Of a stretch of 64,000 nucleotides of DNA, positions 1 to 9,592 are shown in pieces (position 1 is the stretch's first letter; each line of letters opens with the position of its first letter). The translations under genes were made by a program, and so were the position numbers. The stretch is from Candidatus Micrarchaeota archaeon (GTDB taxonomy: Archaea; Micrarchaeota; Micrarchaeia; Anstonellales; Bilamarchaeaceae), in contig JBBSVN010000005.1 of the NCBI GenBank assembly GCA_038046765.1, positions 32,001 to 96,000 on the forward strand. Direction: 5' to 3'. Under the pieces are notes generated by a model. It was not told the origin of the DNA and ran no database searches. It saw only the letters and a program-made list of their open reading frames with translations.

Positions 1-23
1 TCTAGATTGATAGTAGTTCGCAT
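1..23 (-). CDS. 5' fragment of a small gene (MRTTINL...), possibly VapB/CopG-type antitoxin; runs off the window edge
   Basis: ATG preceded by GGTGA RBS; MRTTINL resembles antitoxin N-termini; only 7 codons visible. Confidence 0.3.
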
Positions 24-35
24 GATTTTTCACCG

Positions 36-84
36 TTGCACAATGCTCAAAACACAAAGCTCACAGCTCAATGCTTAAACGCAT
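36..84. repeat. Degenerate heptamer tandem repeat (consensus ~NNGCWCA)
   Basis: ttgcaca atgctca aaacaca aagctca cagctca atgctta. Confidence 0.6.
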
Positions 85-124
85 ATATGTTTAAGTGTTT
101 ACATGCTAAGATTTAAAAAGATAA

Positions 125-1165
125 CTATCCAAACCAATTTCCAAGTTTACTTTGCGCGCCCTTCTCCTTAACGACTTTTTCAATATCGCTTATTAGTTTC
201 TCAACCCGCTCTAAAGAAAAGTCATGTCGTTCAACTAATATTTTACTTATCTTATCATGATCCATCTTGCCAAATTCGATCTTAACCTCCCTATTATGCG
301 GGGGGTTAGTAAAAAAATCATAAACTTCATCAATATGTTCTTCAAATTCATAGTTATACTTTTGTTTTACATATTCCTTAAGGCCTGAAAAACTACCTAC
401 TTCCTTTACTATTTTTAAAGCAGTTTTTGGCCCTACTTTTGGTACTCCTGCATTAAAATCAGTTCCAACAAGTAAACCAACGTAAATAAGTTTTTCCTGG
501 TCAATTGCAAGTGATTTAAGAGTTTGTTCAAGTCGTATCTCTTCTGGTTCAACTATAATAAATCTGTCCTGGCGCGGAACCTTTCTTTTACCCGTAATAT
601 TTATGTTGCGAACTAAAAGTGGCGCTCCAAATAAAAGTGAATCATAATCTTGTGAAGCTGATGCATATACTTGGTTATTTTTTGCCATCATTGCAGCCTG
701 CGCTTCACCTTCGCTTGGAGCCTGAATATACGGAATTCCCATTGCGCTAATTAATTCTTTAGATTCTTCAACCATTTCCTGCGTTAATCTTGATGAAGCC
801 TGTGCAAATTTTTTAGCTCCGGCCATATCTCCTTCTTCAAGCGCTTTTTTCCATTTCCCTTCTGCTTCTAACCTATTTTTAGCTCGTTCATCACGCGTGC
901 CTTTTTTAAATTTAGGGGCTACTCCATCAAAAACATAAACCAGTTTTATCCCGTTTTCTATTAATCTGGAGTTTCTAAAAAATAGCCCTGAAAGATGCGA
1001 TGTAATATTTCCTTTAAAATCAGTTAATGGATTTCCATCTTCCTGCCTGATACTTGCTAAAAATTGATAAATCGTATTAAATGCATCAACAGCAAGAACC
1101 TTACCAGATAATGATTGGAGTGTTACTGTATTTTTTACTGCTAAATCGCCTAGATCTACTCCCAT
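125..1165 (-). CDS. fen: Flap endonuclease 1
   Basis: MGV start, DAFNTIYQFL, SHLSGLF, APSEGEAQAA, SQDYD, GTDFN, C-terminal PIP box QSKLGNWF. Confidence 0.97.
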   Translation of the reverse strand: MGVDLGDLAVKNTVTLQSLSGKVLAVDAFNTIYQFLASIRQEDGNPLTDFKGNITSHLSGLFFRNSRLIENGIKLVYVFDGVAPKFKKGTRDERAKNRLEAEGKWKKALEEGDMAGAKKFAQASSRLTQEMVEESKELISAMGIPYIQAPSEGEAQAAMMAKNNQVYASASQDYDSLLFGAPLLVRNINITGKRKVPRQDRFIIVEPEEIRLEQTLKSLAIDQEKLIYVGLLVGTDFNAGVPKVGPKTALKIVKEVGSFSGLKEYVKQKYNYEFEEHIDEVYDFFTNPPHNREVKIEFGKMDHDKISKILVERHDFSLERVEKLISDIEKVVKEKGAQSKLGNWFG

Positions 1166-1194
1166 ATAAAAACCAGATTATTTCCTAAGTTAAT

Positions 1195-1677
1195 CTACTT
1201 CTTCTTTTTATCTGATTTTAATAAGTCTTCAAGTGTTGGTAGTACAAATTCTTTTTTAAGACTTCCTTGTTGCTCGTATCGTGTTCGCTCAACAAGCGTA
1301 ACGTGTAATACTTTTTCCAGTTTTCTTGCAATAGTAAGTGAGGGCGTTAATTGTCCCTTTTCAATTTTTTCTAAATAGTGTGCCTGCTCCCTTAACCTAG
1401 TTGCCAAATCCCCAATACTCATCTGTGCTCTAGTTCTTGCATCTCTTATTATCTTAGGTGCATCTTCTATAATTTCTTCTACAATCTCATTTGAAGTATA
1501 CGCTGGTGTTTGTATAATGTCTCCTTCTTCTTTCCCAAGTTTTCCAATAACGCTTCCAAATCTTGAACAATTTGCGCAAGCAGAAACTTTAGCGCCTTCT
1601 ATTATTGCGAGGTTAAATGCGTCATTTTTTCCGCAAATCTCACAGACAGGTTTTGCTACGTAATTAGTCTTCGTCAT
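1195..1677 (-). CDS. mbf1: Archaeal multiprotein bridging factor 1 (Zn ribbon + HTH)
   Basis: CEICG...CANC Zn ribbon followed by Cro-type HTH with IEKGQLTP. Confidence 0.85.
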   Translation of the reverse strand: MTKTNYVAKPVCEICGKNDAFNLAIIEGAKVSACANCSRFGSVIGKLGKEEGDIIQTPAYTSNEIVEEIIEDAPKIIRDARTRAQMSIGDLATRLREQAHYLEKIEKGQLTPSLTIARKLEKVLHVTLVERTRYEQQGSLKKEFVLPTLEDLLKSDKKKK

Positions 1678-1757
1678 AAAAATTCGACCTTTATCGTTGT
1701 ATGTCCTATAATATTCTAGAATATTCTAAATATTAATCAGGGCTAGAATTTTTATTT

Positions 1758-3149
1758 ATGCACCTTCCATATAATGCTATGAAATATCTACCTGTATTTA
1801 TATTGCTCTGCGTTTTGATCTTTTTTGCGATCTTACAATCGGACCTATCTGGCCTTTATAAATTTATTATAATTTTTATAGAAATGGCTGCAGTAAGTCA
1901 AATTTTAATTAATAAATATGGTTTTAAGGGCGAAATGGGTCTTGTACTTTTAAAAAGTAAAAAAGGTCTGGGTATTATTGAATCTCTTTCCAAGTACGAA
2001 AAATTCTGGAAAACATTTGCTGATTTGGGGATGGTTCTATCTTACGGGGCTTTAAGCTGGTTTTTCATGAAAAGAAAACTTGACTGGAAAATAATTCTAT
2101 TTGGTTTTATTCTCTTGGCTGCGCTTGCGTTTGTTATTGCTCCACTAGCACTAACTTATATTTCAACAGTAATTAAGGGAGGTTCAATTACTCCAACATC
2201 AAATGCTGCACCTGGTTTAAGTGCTGTTGCGATTGTTTATATTTTGCTACTTTTTGCTGGAGGAATGTTTGCAGTTATGTTAGCTAGTATCCTGCTTTAT
2301 GGTGTTTCAATTTTGCAGGCACTAATAAGTACTTTAATTTATGGTACTGGTGCTATTTATTCTACAAAACCCGGTGCAACGCTTTTATTACCCGGTATAA
2401 ATCTTCCACTTCTTGAAGGAATACTTGCGTTATTTGTAATATTAGTCGTCCACGAAGCGTGTCATGCGATTCTAGCAAGAATTGCAAAGATAAAAGTTCT
2501 TTCATCTGGAATTGTTCTATTTGGTATTATTCCTATCGGTGCATTTGTAGAACCTGATGAACAAGAACTCAAAAAAACCGAAGATATAAAACAAAGTAGA
2601 GTTATTGTAGCCGGTTCAACTGCAAATTTAATTTCGTGTATTTTATTCTTTATCCTTTTCCTTGGATTTTTCTCTGTTACAGGTAATTATCGTGAACAAG
2701 GGTTATGGGTTATATCTGGGTTAGGAGATAAAGATACTGTTATATATCAAATTGATCAGACAAAAATTGATATTGACAAAATTGATATAAAAAACTTAAA
2801 CTTAAATCTACCTAAAAGTTCAGATGTTACGTTGTACACAAATAAAGGAACAATTGTTAAAAAGACTGATGAAAACGGCAAACTGGGCGTTAACCTGATC
2901 TTACTTACAAAAGATTCGCTTTTTGGATTATACAATAATATCTTTTTGCAAGCAATCTACACTTTCTTAGGTCTTTGTTTTGCACTTAATTTTGTGATCG
3001 GTTCAGTAAATATTTTGCCAGTACCGCTTTTTGATGGTTACCGGATAATTGATATAAACATTAAACACAAGGCCATTGTAACTGGATTGATGTACATTAC
3101 GATTGCAGCGTTTTTAACAAATATACTTCCGATATTGTTTGTACGTTAA
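1758..3149 (+). CDS. Site-2 protease family (M50) membrane metalloprotease
   Basis: HEACH, GAFVEPDE, NILPVPLFDG motifs; multiple TM segments. Confidence 0.92.
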   Translation: MHLPYNAMKYLPVFILLCVLIFFAILQSDLSGLYKFIIIFIEMAAVSQILINKYGFKGEMGLVLLKSKKGLGIIESLSKYEKFWKTFADLGMVLSYGALSWFFMKRKLDWKIILFGFILLAALAFVIAPLALTYISTVIKGGSITPTSNAAPGLSAVAIVYILLLFAGGMFAVMLASILLYGVSILQALISTLIYGTGAIYSTKPGATLLLPGINLPLLEGILALFVILVVHEACHAILARIAKIKVLSSGIVLFGIIPIGAFVEPDEQELKKTEDIKQSRVIVAGSTANLISCILFFILFLGFFSVTGNYREQGLWVISGLGDKDTVIYQIDQTKIDIDKIDIKNLNLNLPKSSDVTLYTNKGTIVKKTDENGKLGVNLILLTKDSLFGLYNNIFLQAIYTFLGLCFALNFVIGSVNILPVPLFDGYRIIDINIKHKAIVTGLMYITIAAFLTNILPILFVR

Positions 3150-3289
3150 TTTTTTTGTTTTTATCAACCGATAAAAAGACAGTGAATAAACTTCTCTGGA
3201 TTTTTTATTCATTCTTATTTTCTAGAATTAGTAATAATAACTAAAACATTCAATTGACCCGATCATAAGTAAATTAGTATATAAAAGTT

Positions 3290-3464
3290 TGCCGAAGGTG
3301 GAATTTGAATCCACGGCCTCTCGATTTCTCCAAGTGCTACAAAATATCATTGACAATATTGTCTCAGCACTCATCTTATTTCATATGAGTCGAGCACTCT
3401 AAAACCAAGTTGCTCTAGCTTCCTCCAATTAAATTTTAGAAGAAGATATCTGAGCTACTTCGGC
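3290..3464 (-). tRNA. tRNA-Met(CAT), probably elongator, with two introns (3410-3449 in D-loop, 15/16; 3326-3383 at 37/38)
   Basis: GCCGAAG/CTTCGGC acceptor, CTCGA/TCGAG anticodon stem, TTCAAAT T-loop; GCUC/GAGC helix with 3-nt bulges at the D-loop intron. Confidence 0.88.
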
Positions 3465-3543
3465 ATAAGTATAAACTTAGTATCTACAGAAGCAGCAGCT
3501 TCTGGAGAGACAGTGAACTTGTTCACTGGATAAACACTCCTTA

Positions 3544-3620
3544 CTAAGAAAAAAGTGCATTTTCTAGTTACAGACCTGTAGGGCAATGTGCATATATTTT
3601 TCTATTCGCATTGCCAGTCG
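3544..3620 (-). ncRNA. Copy A of unrecognised structured leader RNA motif (upstream of tRNA-Met)
   Basis: CGACT-GGCAATG...CATTGCC-CTACAGGTCTGTAA followed by AGAAAA/TTTTCT hairpin; matches copies at 13158, 50742, 59237. Confidence 0.75.
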
Positions 3621-3679
3621 GTTCTATACTCCTATAAAATAGTTCAAAACACAGAACTCAAAACAGAGAATTATAAAAA

Positions 3680-3814
3680 TGCCACAGGCCTGATTTGAAC
3701 AAGCGACCCCACCGTTTCTGCTCATTTTGGGAGTACTTCAGCTTCACAGTTTCTTTTAGTTAAATAAATTTCTAAAAGAAACAGGTGTGCTCTCCCAGGC
3801 TGAGCTACTGTGGC
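3680..3814 (-). tRNA. tRNA-Phe(GAA) with two introns (3743-3783 at 30/31; 3716-3735 at 37/38)
   Basis: GCCACAG/CTGTGGC acceptor; removing both introns gives CACCG-CT-GAA-GA-CGGTG; canonical BHB (CACA/UGUG, bulges CCU and AAG) at first intron. Confidence 0.9.
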
Positions 3815-3936
3815 ATTAGTAGAACAAACTATGAAGGAATATTAATAAAAAGCGTTGGGTTGCAAACTTTGGATTTTTTAAGTTAATACAGTATAACCAA
3901 TAACCTTAAATTACCATTCTATCACATTTAGTTACA

Positions 3937-4199
3937 GTGAGGAGTAGGAAACTACGTTGCTGCAAAGCAATGAGGAAGTTCTGCCCACGATGAAGGTTTT
4001 GGCTCTAAGGGCTAGCAAGATTCAACAGAAACGAACCAGACTCTGGATGAAACGGGTTTCTTGTAATCTAATGAACGTGCAAGGTCTCTGGACCGCTTCT
4101 TAAAATCCGCAAGGATTTTCAAGAGCTCTTGAAACGGTAACGTTTCAAGGGATAGTCTAATGTTTTCTTAAAAAACAGAAGGCAGACTATACTTCTCAC
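3937..4199 (+). ncRNA. rnpB: RNase P RNA (compact, ~263 nt)
   Basis: P1 GTGAGGAGTA/TACTTCTCAC; conserved regions GAGGAAGTTC, ACAGAAA, GATGAAAC, GTGCAAG, AACAGAAGGCAGACTA. Confidence 0.9.
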
Positions 4200-4283
4200 A
4201 ACTTTTATTCTATTTGTTTTTTCCACTAATCTTTAATTTAGACAACTATATGCTTTAAAAAGTGTTATATACTATATTATCTT

Positions 4284-5651
4284 ATGGGTAAATTACTTTT
4301 AGAACATATTCTTAATTTAGAACAATTGCCGGATGATGCTAAAGAAAGAATACTATCTAGGGTAGTTGCTACTGGTAGTGTCGATAAGTTAGTTGACGCA
4401 CTCAAAAGAGTTTATGTTACTCTCTCAAACTATGAATTTCAATCTACCAAAAGTTTGGTTGTAGAAGAACAAATTGTATATCTGACCGGAGTCACTTATC
4501 AGATTTTTGATGCATTACATAAAATCGATCCAAAAAATTTCCAAAAAATGGATATTCTTTGCATTGCAAAAGCAATAGTTACTCTATACCCAGTTATAAA
4601 TATGGATTCGGGCGCAAACGAAAAATCATATATTTTGCATGATTCTCTTACTTATCTGTTTGGGTTAGTTGCCAAGTTAGATAATGGGCCAAATGAACCA
4701 AGTAAATGTAAAATTGATCGTTTAAGTGATATTCCTGAAGTTGTTAATTCCCTACAAGAAAGTATTCTGTTTGTAGAAGATGAATACGACAAACTCCTTA
4801 TTCTTCGAGACCTAATACAAAAAATTGCAGATACTGCTCAAAGTGAATTAAAAACAAGGAAAGAAAAATTATCTAAAGAAGAATACTTAATCGAGCTTAA
4901 AATGCTATTCGCCATAAACAGAGCCGTATTAGAATTTAGAGATTTAGTTACAAGTGCAATGGTTTCTATTGAATCTGCACTAAGTGAATATGTTTCGCAA
5001 GGCGATTTTGCGGCTGCATTTAAACTGGCTAAAAAGATGGAAACCAGTTTTGCTAAAGCTGATGGTTCTTATATTCCTGACACTCCCATTAACCCTACAG
5101 ATCATGTTTTAGATTTGATTGTACGACAAAGAAATGCTCTTTTATTTGAATCAGGAATAGTGTACTCTGGAATCAATTCGCTTGTCGAACTATTAGAACA
5201 GCAAGCAATACATGAACACGCCAATCATTCATCAAAAAAATCCCAGCTTGAATTACTAATTCCTATTGGGAGTGGCTTAGATATTCCAACTAAGATTTCA
5301 TTATTAAAAAAATTAGCTGAATCCGCTCATAGCGAAGAAGTACTTCGTGCGTTAGATAAAATTGATCTGACAGCTAGCAGGGATAAGGTATTAGTTAGTT
5401 CAAAATCAGATAATACTCAAACAAGTGCGTTCGAACCGATTGTGTTGAGAGCTGTTATTGATGCAAAAGAACAACTTCTAGGTAACATCCAACTATCAGA
5501 TCAATTATTTGAAATTCCTCAAATCGTTCGCGCGGTTAGAGTTACGCATCAAACTATTACTTCAAGACCGCCTCCAATACCTGGTTCTGAATCAAGACCA
5601 ACTATTCAAGCACCTAATGGCGAAAGAAAACCAAAAGTTTTGCGTGCTTAG
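4284..5651 (+). CDS. Hypothetical alpha-helical protein
   Basis: 455-aa ORF, no recognised motif. Confidence 0.6.
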   Translation: MGKLLLEHILNLEQLPDDAKERILSRVVATGSVDKLVDALKRVYVTLSNYEFQSTKSLVVEEQIVYLTGVTYQIFDALHKIDPKNFQKMDILCIAKAIVTLYPVINMDSGANEKSYILHDSLTYLFGLVAKLDNGPNEPSKCKIDRLSDIPEVVNSLQESILFVEDEYDKLLILRDLIQKIADTAQSELKTRKEKLSKEEYLIELKMLFAINRAVLEFRDLVTSAMVSIESALSEYVSQGDFAAAFKLAKKMETSFAKADGSYIPDTPINPTDHVLDLIVRQRNALLFESGIVYSGINSLVELLEQQAIHEHANHSSKKSQLELLIPIGSGLDIPTKISLLKKLAESAHSEEVLRALDKIDLTASRDKVLVSSKSDNTQTSAFEPIVLRAVIDAKEQLLGNIQLSDQLFEIPQIVRAVRVTHQTITSRPPPIPGSESRPTIQAPNGERKPKVLRA

Positions 5652-5655
5652 TATG

Positions 5656-5790
5656 TTAAAGCTTGAATCGTTTTCTTTTACATTCCGGGCAAATCCCTGT
5701 TTTCCTGGTTCTTCTTAGGTACACAACAATTTCTTCAGGCATGTCATGCATGCCAGCAAAAGCATAACTTTTAAATTGAAAACTACCCAT
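5656..5790 (-). pseudogene. 44-aa ORF resembling the N-terminal zinc-finger part of an ISL3-type transposase (remnant)
   Basis: MGSFQFKSYAFAGMHDMPEEIVVYLRRTRKTGICPECKRKRFKL*; single CPEC knuckle, truncated. Confidence 0.35.
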
Positions 5791-5905
5791 TAGAAACTGT
5801 CTAGGTTTGATAAAGTTCATATTTGGTTTACACCGAATATGATTTTATCATTTTTCTATCCCAAACTGGGAGAAGCGCCGGAATTTATTATGTTGGTTGA
5901 ATTAA

Positions 5906-6427
5906 ATGAAACCCGCTTCGATATTCAAATCCGAAAGAAATAATTTTTCTTTAATCAAATCTCTTGGCTGGTTGTTTATTCTACTTTTCGCCATTTCAAT
6001 AATTAGTGCGCTAACTGCTATCGATTATAATATGTTTATTAATCCAATATTTATGTTGTCGATTATTTTTTTACTATATTTCATATATCCCCTGTTAAAA
6101 ATATTAAATTCTGACACGGTCTGTTTTGAATTGTTTGAAGATAAAATAAACTTCTATAAAGAGTCAGGTAGATACGAAATATTTAGTATGAATCAACTTG
6201 AATCTGTAAATCTTTTGGATCCCAGTATATTTCGAGTCAAATCTGTACATACTGGAAGACTATTAGATTTCAACTTAAAAAATAAAATAAATACATTTAT
6301 CTTTAATGACAACCCTGAAACTTTTATAACTACGCTAAAAAATCTGGGATTTGAAGAAAAGAAAGGAAATTTTCTGGAAAATATTTTGTATCGAAAAAGG
6401 TTTTTTAAGAAATCCAGAATAAACTGA
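5906..6427 (+). CDS. Hypothetical membrane protein (2 TM + soluble domain)
   Basis: Two hydrophobic segments near N-terminus; very AT-rich. Confidence 0.6.
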   Translation: MKPASIFKSERNNFSLIKSLGWLFILLFAISIISALTAIDYNMFINPIFMLSIIFLLYFIYPLLKILNSDTVCFELFEDKINFYKESGRYEIFSMNQLESVNLLDPSIFRVKSVHTGRLLDFNLKNKINTFIFNDNPETFITTLKNLGFEEKKGNFLENILYRKRFFKKSRIN

Positions 6428-6524
6428 TTGGTAACTTCTCCAAGACAATTTAATGCAATTGGGGAAATGGACGAATATCTAGCTTCTAAATAATTCGTTT
6501 CGTATTCTAATTAACTTTCAATAC

Positions 6525-7847
6525 CTAATTCATCTTCAATCCAGCCATATTTCCGCCTTTCATCATCTTCTCAATTTGTGATCGGAATCCTCGATTCTTT
6601 CTAAACATGTTCATCATCTTTTCAATCTTTTCAAACTGTGCTAGGAATTCTCGTACGTCTTTTTCGCCCGTCCCGCTTCCCTTAGCAATTCTCGCAACAC
6701 GAGTTGGCTGTTTCTTTAAAAGTGCGGCATCTTTCTTCTCCTTTTTAGTCATAGAATTAATCATTGCTTCGTATTTTTTCATTTTTCCTTCGCTTTGTTG
6801 AACTACGTCTTTTGGCAAATCGCTAACTCCGAGCATTCCCATTACATTTCCTAATGGTCCTAGTTTCTTAGCTGCCTTTAGTTGTTGATAAAAAGTTTCG
6901 ATCGTAAGTTCTTCGGATTCGATATTCTTTAGGTTTTCTTCTTTTGCGATTTTTTGTATTTTTTCCATTAAGGCCCCGATATCCGGAACTCCTAATAATT
7001 TTCCAACAAATTTTTCAGAATTATAAATTTCAAAATCTTCAACTTTTTCTCCAGTTCCAATGAATGCGACTTTCGCTTCGGTTGCGCCAACTGCGCTTAA
7101 AGCTCCACCTCCTTTTCCGCTTCCATCCATCTTAGTAACGATTACTCCGCTTAGTTTTGCGATTTTGTTAAATTCCTCTGCCTGTTTACTTGCAATTTGT
7201 CCAATGTCACCACTAATAACAAGGTAGACTTCTTCTGGCTCAAGTACATCGTTAATTTTTTGTAGTTCGCTAGCTAAATCGTTATCAAACGCACTTCGAC
7301 CTGCGCTATCAACAATTATTACATCGCTTTTAAGAGTTTTGATTCCGCGTTCAACAATTTTTGAAGCATTTTTCTCATCCTTGATAGTGAAGAATTCAAC
7401 ATTAGATTTCTTTGCTAACTGTTCCAATTGTTCTTGCGCAGCAGGTCTATCAACGTCGGCAGCAATAACTCCCGCACTTAGGCCTCGACCTTTATAGAAA
7501 TTAGCTAGTTTGTTAACGCTCGTAGTTTTACCAGAACCAAACAAACCGCAAATAAGTACTTTGTGTTTATCCATTCTTGGGGTGTAACTCGTTCCCATTA
7601 GGTTTACAAGTTCTTCGTACACAACTTTTAGTACGTGTTCCTTCAAACTAAGCGCCTGCATTTTATCTGTTTTTAGGCTTCTCTCTTCAATTCGTTTTGA
7701 TAAAGCTAAAACTAGTTTTACGTTTACATCGCTTGAAATTAATACGCGTTGTAAGTCTTTAATCAAAGCTCGCACTGCTTCTTCATCAACGTAAGCTTTG
7801 CCGCTTAATTTGGCAAGCGTTTCGCGTAATCCTTTACCTAGATCCAT
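6525..7847 (-). CDS. srp54: Signal recognition particle protein SRP54
   Basis: GLFGSGKTT, DVDRPAA, DSAGR, TKMDGSGKGGGALS, Met-rich M domain with RIAKGSG. Confidence 0.97.
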   Translation of the reverse strand: MDLGKGLRETLAKLSGKAYVDEEAVRALIKDLQRVLISSDVNVKLVLALSKRIEERSLKTDKMQALSLKEHVLKVVYEELVNLMGTSYTPRMDKHKVLICGLFGSGKTTSVNKLANFYKGRGLSAGVIAADVDRPAAQEQLEQLAKKSNVEFFTIKDEKNASKIVERGIKTLKSDVIIVDSAGRSAFDNDLASELQKINDVLEPEEVYLVISGDIGQIASKQAEEFNKIAKLSGVIVTKMDGSGKGGGALSAVGATEAKVAFIGTGEKVEDFEIYNSEKFVGKLLGVPDIGALMEKIQKIAKEENLKNIESEELTIETFYQQLKAAKKLGPLGNVMGMLGVSDLPKDVVQQSEGKMKKYEAMINSMTKKEKKDAALLKKQPTRVARIAKGSGTGEKDVREFLAQFEKIEKMMNMFRKNRGFRSQIEKMMKGGNMAGLKMN

Positions 7848-7918
7848 TATTATCTACTCGTTACATATAACTTTTCTTATATCTTCTCGCGCGTCATTTT
7901 AAGTATCAATCGCAATTC

Positions 7919-7957
7919 GACCATGCACATTTGAATTTTTTATTGCATGGTCAGTCG
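7919..7957 (-). ncRNA. Partial copy (5' half) of the leader RNA motif upstream of SRP54
   Basis: CGACT-GACCATGCA...TGCATGGTC; lacks the CTAC..GT.TGTA core. Confidence 0.45.
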
Positions 7958-8080
7958 AACATTAATATTTGTTTGTAAAATGTATAAACTTACTTAACTT
8001 TCTAATTATTTTCGACGTTTATGAAGAATATTAATATGTAAAACTAGTTTAAAATCTAAGCTTTGCACCAAAAGTGTGGA

Positions 8081-9415
8081 TTACTTTAACCGTTTTCCCA
8101 TATCTTCAATGTCAAATAACAAGACGTCTTCTCCAATACCTTCTTTATTCTTAAAAGACCTAGCAAATATCGCGAATTTCTCCTTTCTTACTTTGTTATT
8201 CCATTCAAAGTGTTTGGTTTTTTCTTTCAATAATTCTAAAATTGATTGTGCATTAACATCATCTTCCCATTTACATTCTATGAATAATGCCTCTTTTTCT
8301 TCTTCGTTTATTGCAATTAAATCTATTTCAACATCTTTGTGCCACCAGTTTCCTATCTTATCATAAGTAAATTGGTTTTCTTTTATCATCTTTACTAATA
8401 ATTGCTTGCATATCTTTTCAAAAACAAAACCCATGTATTGAGGATACTGTTTTTCAATATTTTTAGATGAAAAAATTCCCTCTTCAATAGAACTTAGATT
8501 CGGCTGGATAAATTTAAACCAGAAAGCAATAAACTGGTCTTTAATAAAATATCTTCCAAGTTTTGACTTTTCTCTTTCGGTTAATGGCACTCTTCTTTCA
8601 ATAAATTCTGTTTCCAGAAGTTTTGATAAATAAAAACTTACATCTGTTCTCTGAAGTTTAGCAAAATCCTTTATTTCACCTGTCGTTGCCTTGCCGTTTG
8701 CTATTGCTTCTAAAATTAACTTATAAGTTCCGACTTCTTCAAATTCGTATTTAATCATAAAATTCAGTTCATCTTTGACAAAAGTTGGGAACTTAAGTTC
8801 TTTATCAAGCCACTGCCAGAAGGGAGTTTTTATTTTTTCTAAATAATATGGCATTCCATCAGCAAAACCATAAATACAAGCTAGTTCAATAAAATCTGAT
8901 TTTGGGAAAAATTCTGATAAATGGAAAAATTCTAGTGGAATTATTTTGGACGAAAAAGTTTTTCTTCCGTATAAAGGACTAGGTTCGCTTAGAACATAAG
9001 ATGAAATAAGCGAGATTGAGGAACCAAGTACAAAGAACTTTAAATTACTATTTTTAAGCGAAGTATCAACTATTCGCTGGAATATTGATAAGAGATTTTT
9101 ATCTTCCTTAGCTAGATTTTGAAATTCATCTATTACAAGTATGTCTATTTTATCTTTTAAAAAATCAATGATTACTTCCCAGTCTTCTTTGAAATTTTTA
9201 ACTTCAGGAAAAGTTTGTGAAACCTTTGATACAAAATAACGGATATTATCTTTTTCAACTGCAAGGTAGTATATATGTTTTTTCTCCCTTATGCATTCTA
9301 GTATTAATCTTGTTTTGCCTACTCTTCTTCTGCCATAGAAAACGGCAAATTCAAAGCCTTTCTTAGTAATAAGGTTGTTTATCTGTGCCTTCTCTTTTTC
9401 TCTGTTTATGAACAT
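8081..9415 (-). CDS. Archaeal AAA-type ATPase with wHTH and C-terminal DUF234/PD-(D/E)XK-like domain
   Basis: FINREKE, YGRRRVGKT, IDEFQ, SPLYGR, EIDLIA..ECKW. Confidence 0.9.
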   Translation of the reverse strand: MFINREKEKAQINNLITKKGFEFAVFYGRRRVGKTRLILECIREKKHIYYLAVEKDNIRYFVSKVSQTFPEVKNFKEDWEVIIDFLKDKIDILVIDEFQNLAKEDKNLLSIFQRIVDTSLKNSNLKFFVLGSSISLISSYVLSEPSPLYGRKTFSSKIIPLEFFHLSEFFPKSDFIELACIYGFADGMPYYLEKIKTPFWQWLDKELKFPTFVKDELNFMIKYEFEEVGTYKLILEAIANGKATTGEIKDFAKLQRTDVSFYLSKLLETEFIERRVPLTEREKSKLGRYFIKDQFIAFWFKFIQPNLSSIEEGIFSSKNIEKQYPQYMGFVFEKICKQLLVKMIKENQFTYDKIGNWWHKDVEIDLIAINEEEKEALFIECKWEDDVNAQSILELLKEKTKHFEWNNKVRKEKFAIFARSFKNKEGIGEDVLLFDIEDMGKRLK

Positions 9416-9592
9416 AAGACCTACCTTTATATGTATATTTTAGAATATACATATTTATAAATCTATTCATAGACTACTTCTTTTTAATCAGTCTCTTTTT
9501 GTATAGTTCGAACTTGTATAGTTTAAAATATACATAATTAAACCACCCCCATAAAACATACATTTTTAAACACTTATAAGCAGAATTTAGAT

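Noticed and set aside
3290..3464. Initiator tRNA or tRNA-Ile2 identity
   Set aside because: No A1-U72 pair or triple G-C anticodon stem; the GCC start fits elongator Met better, though Ile2 is not fully excluded.
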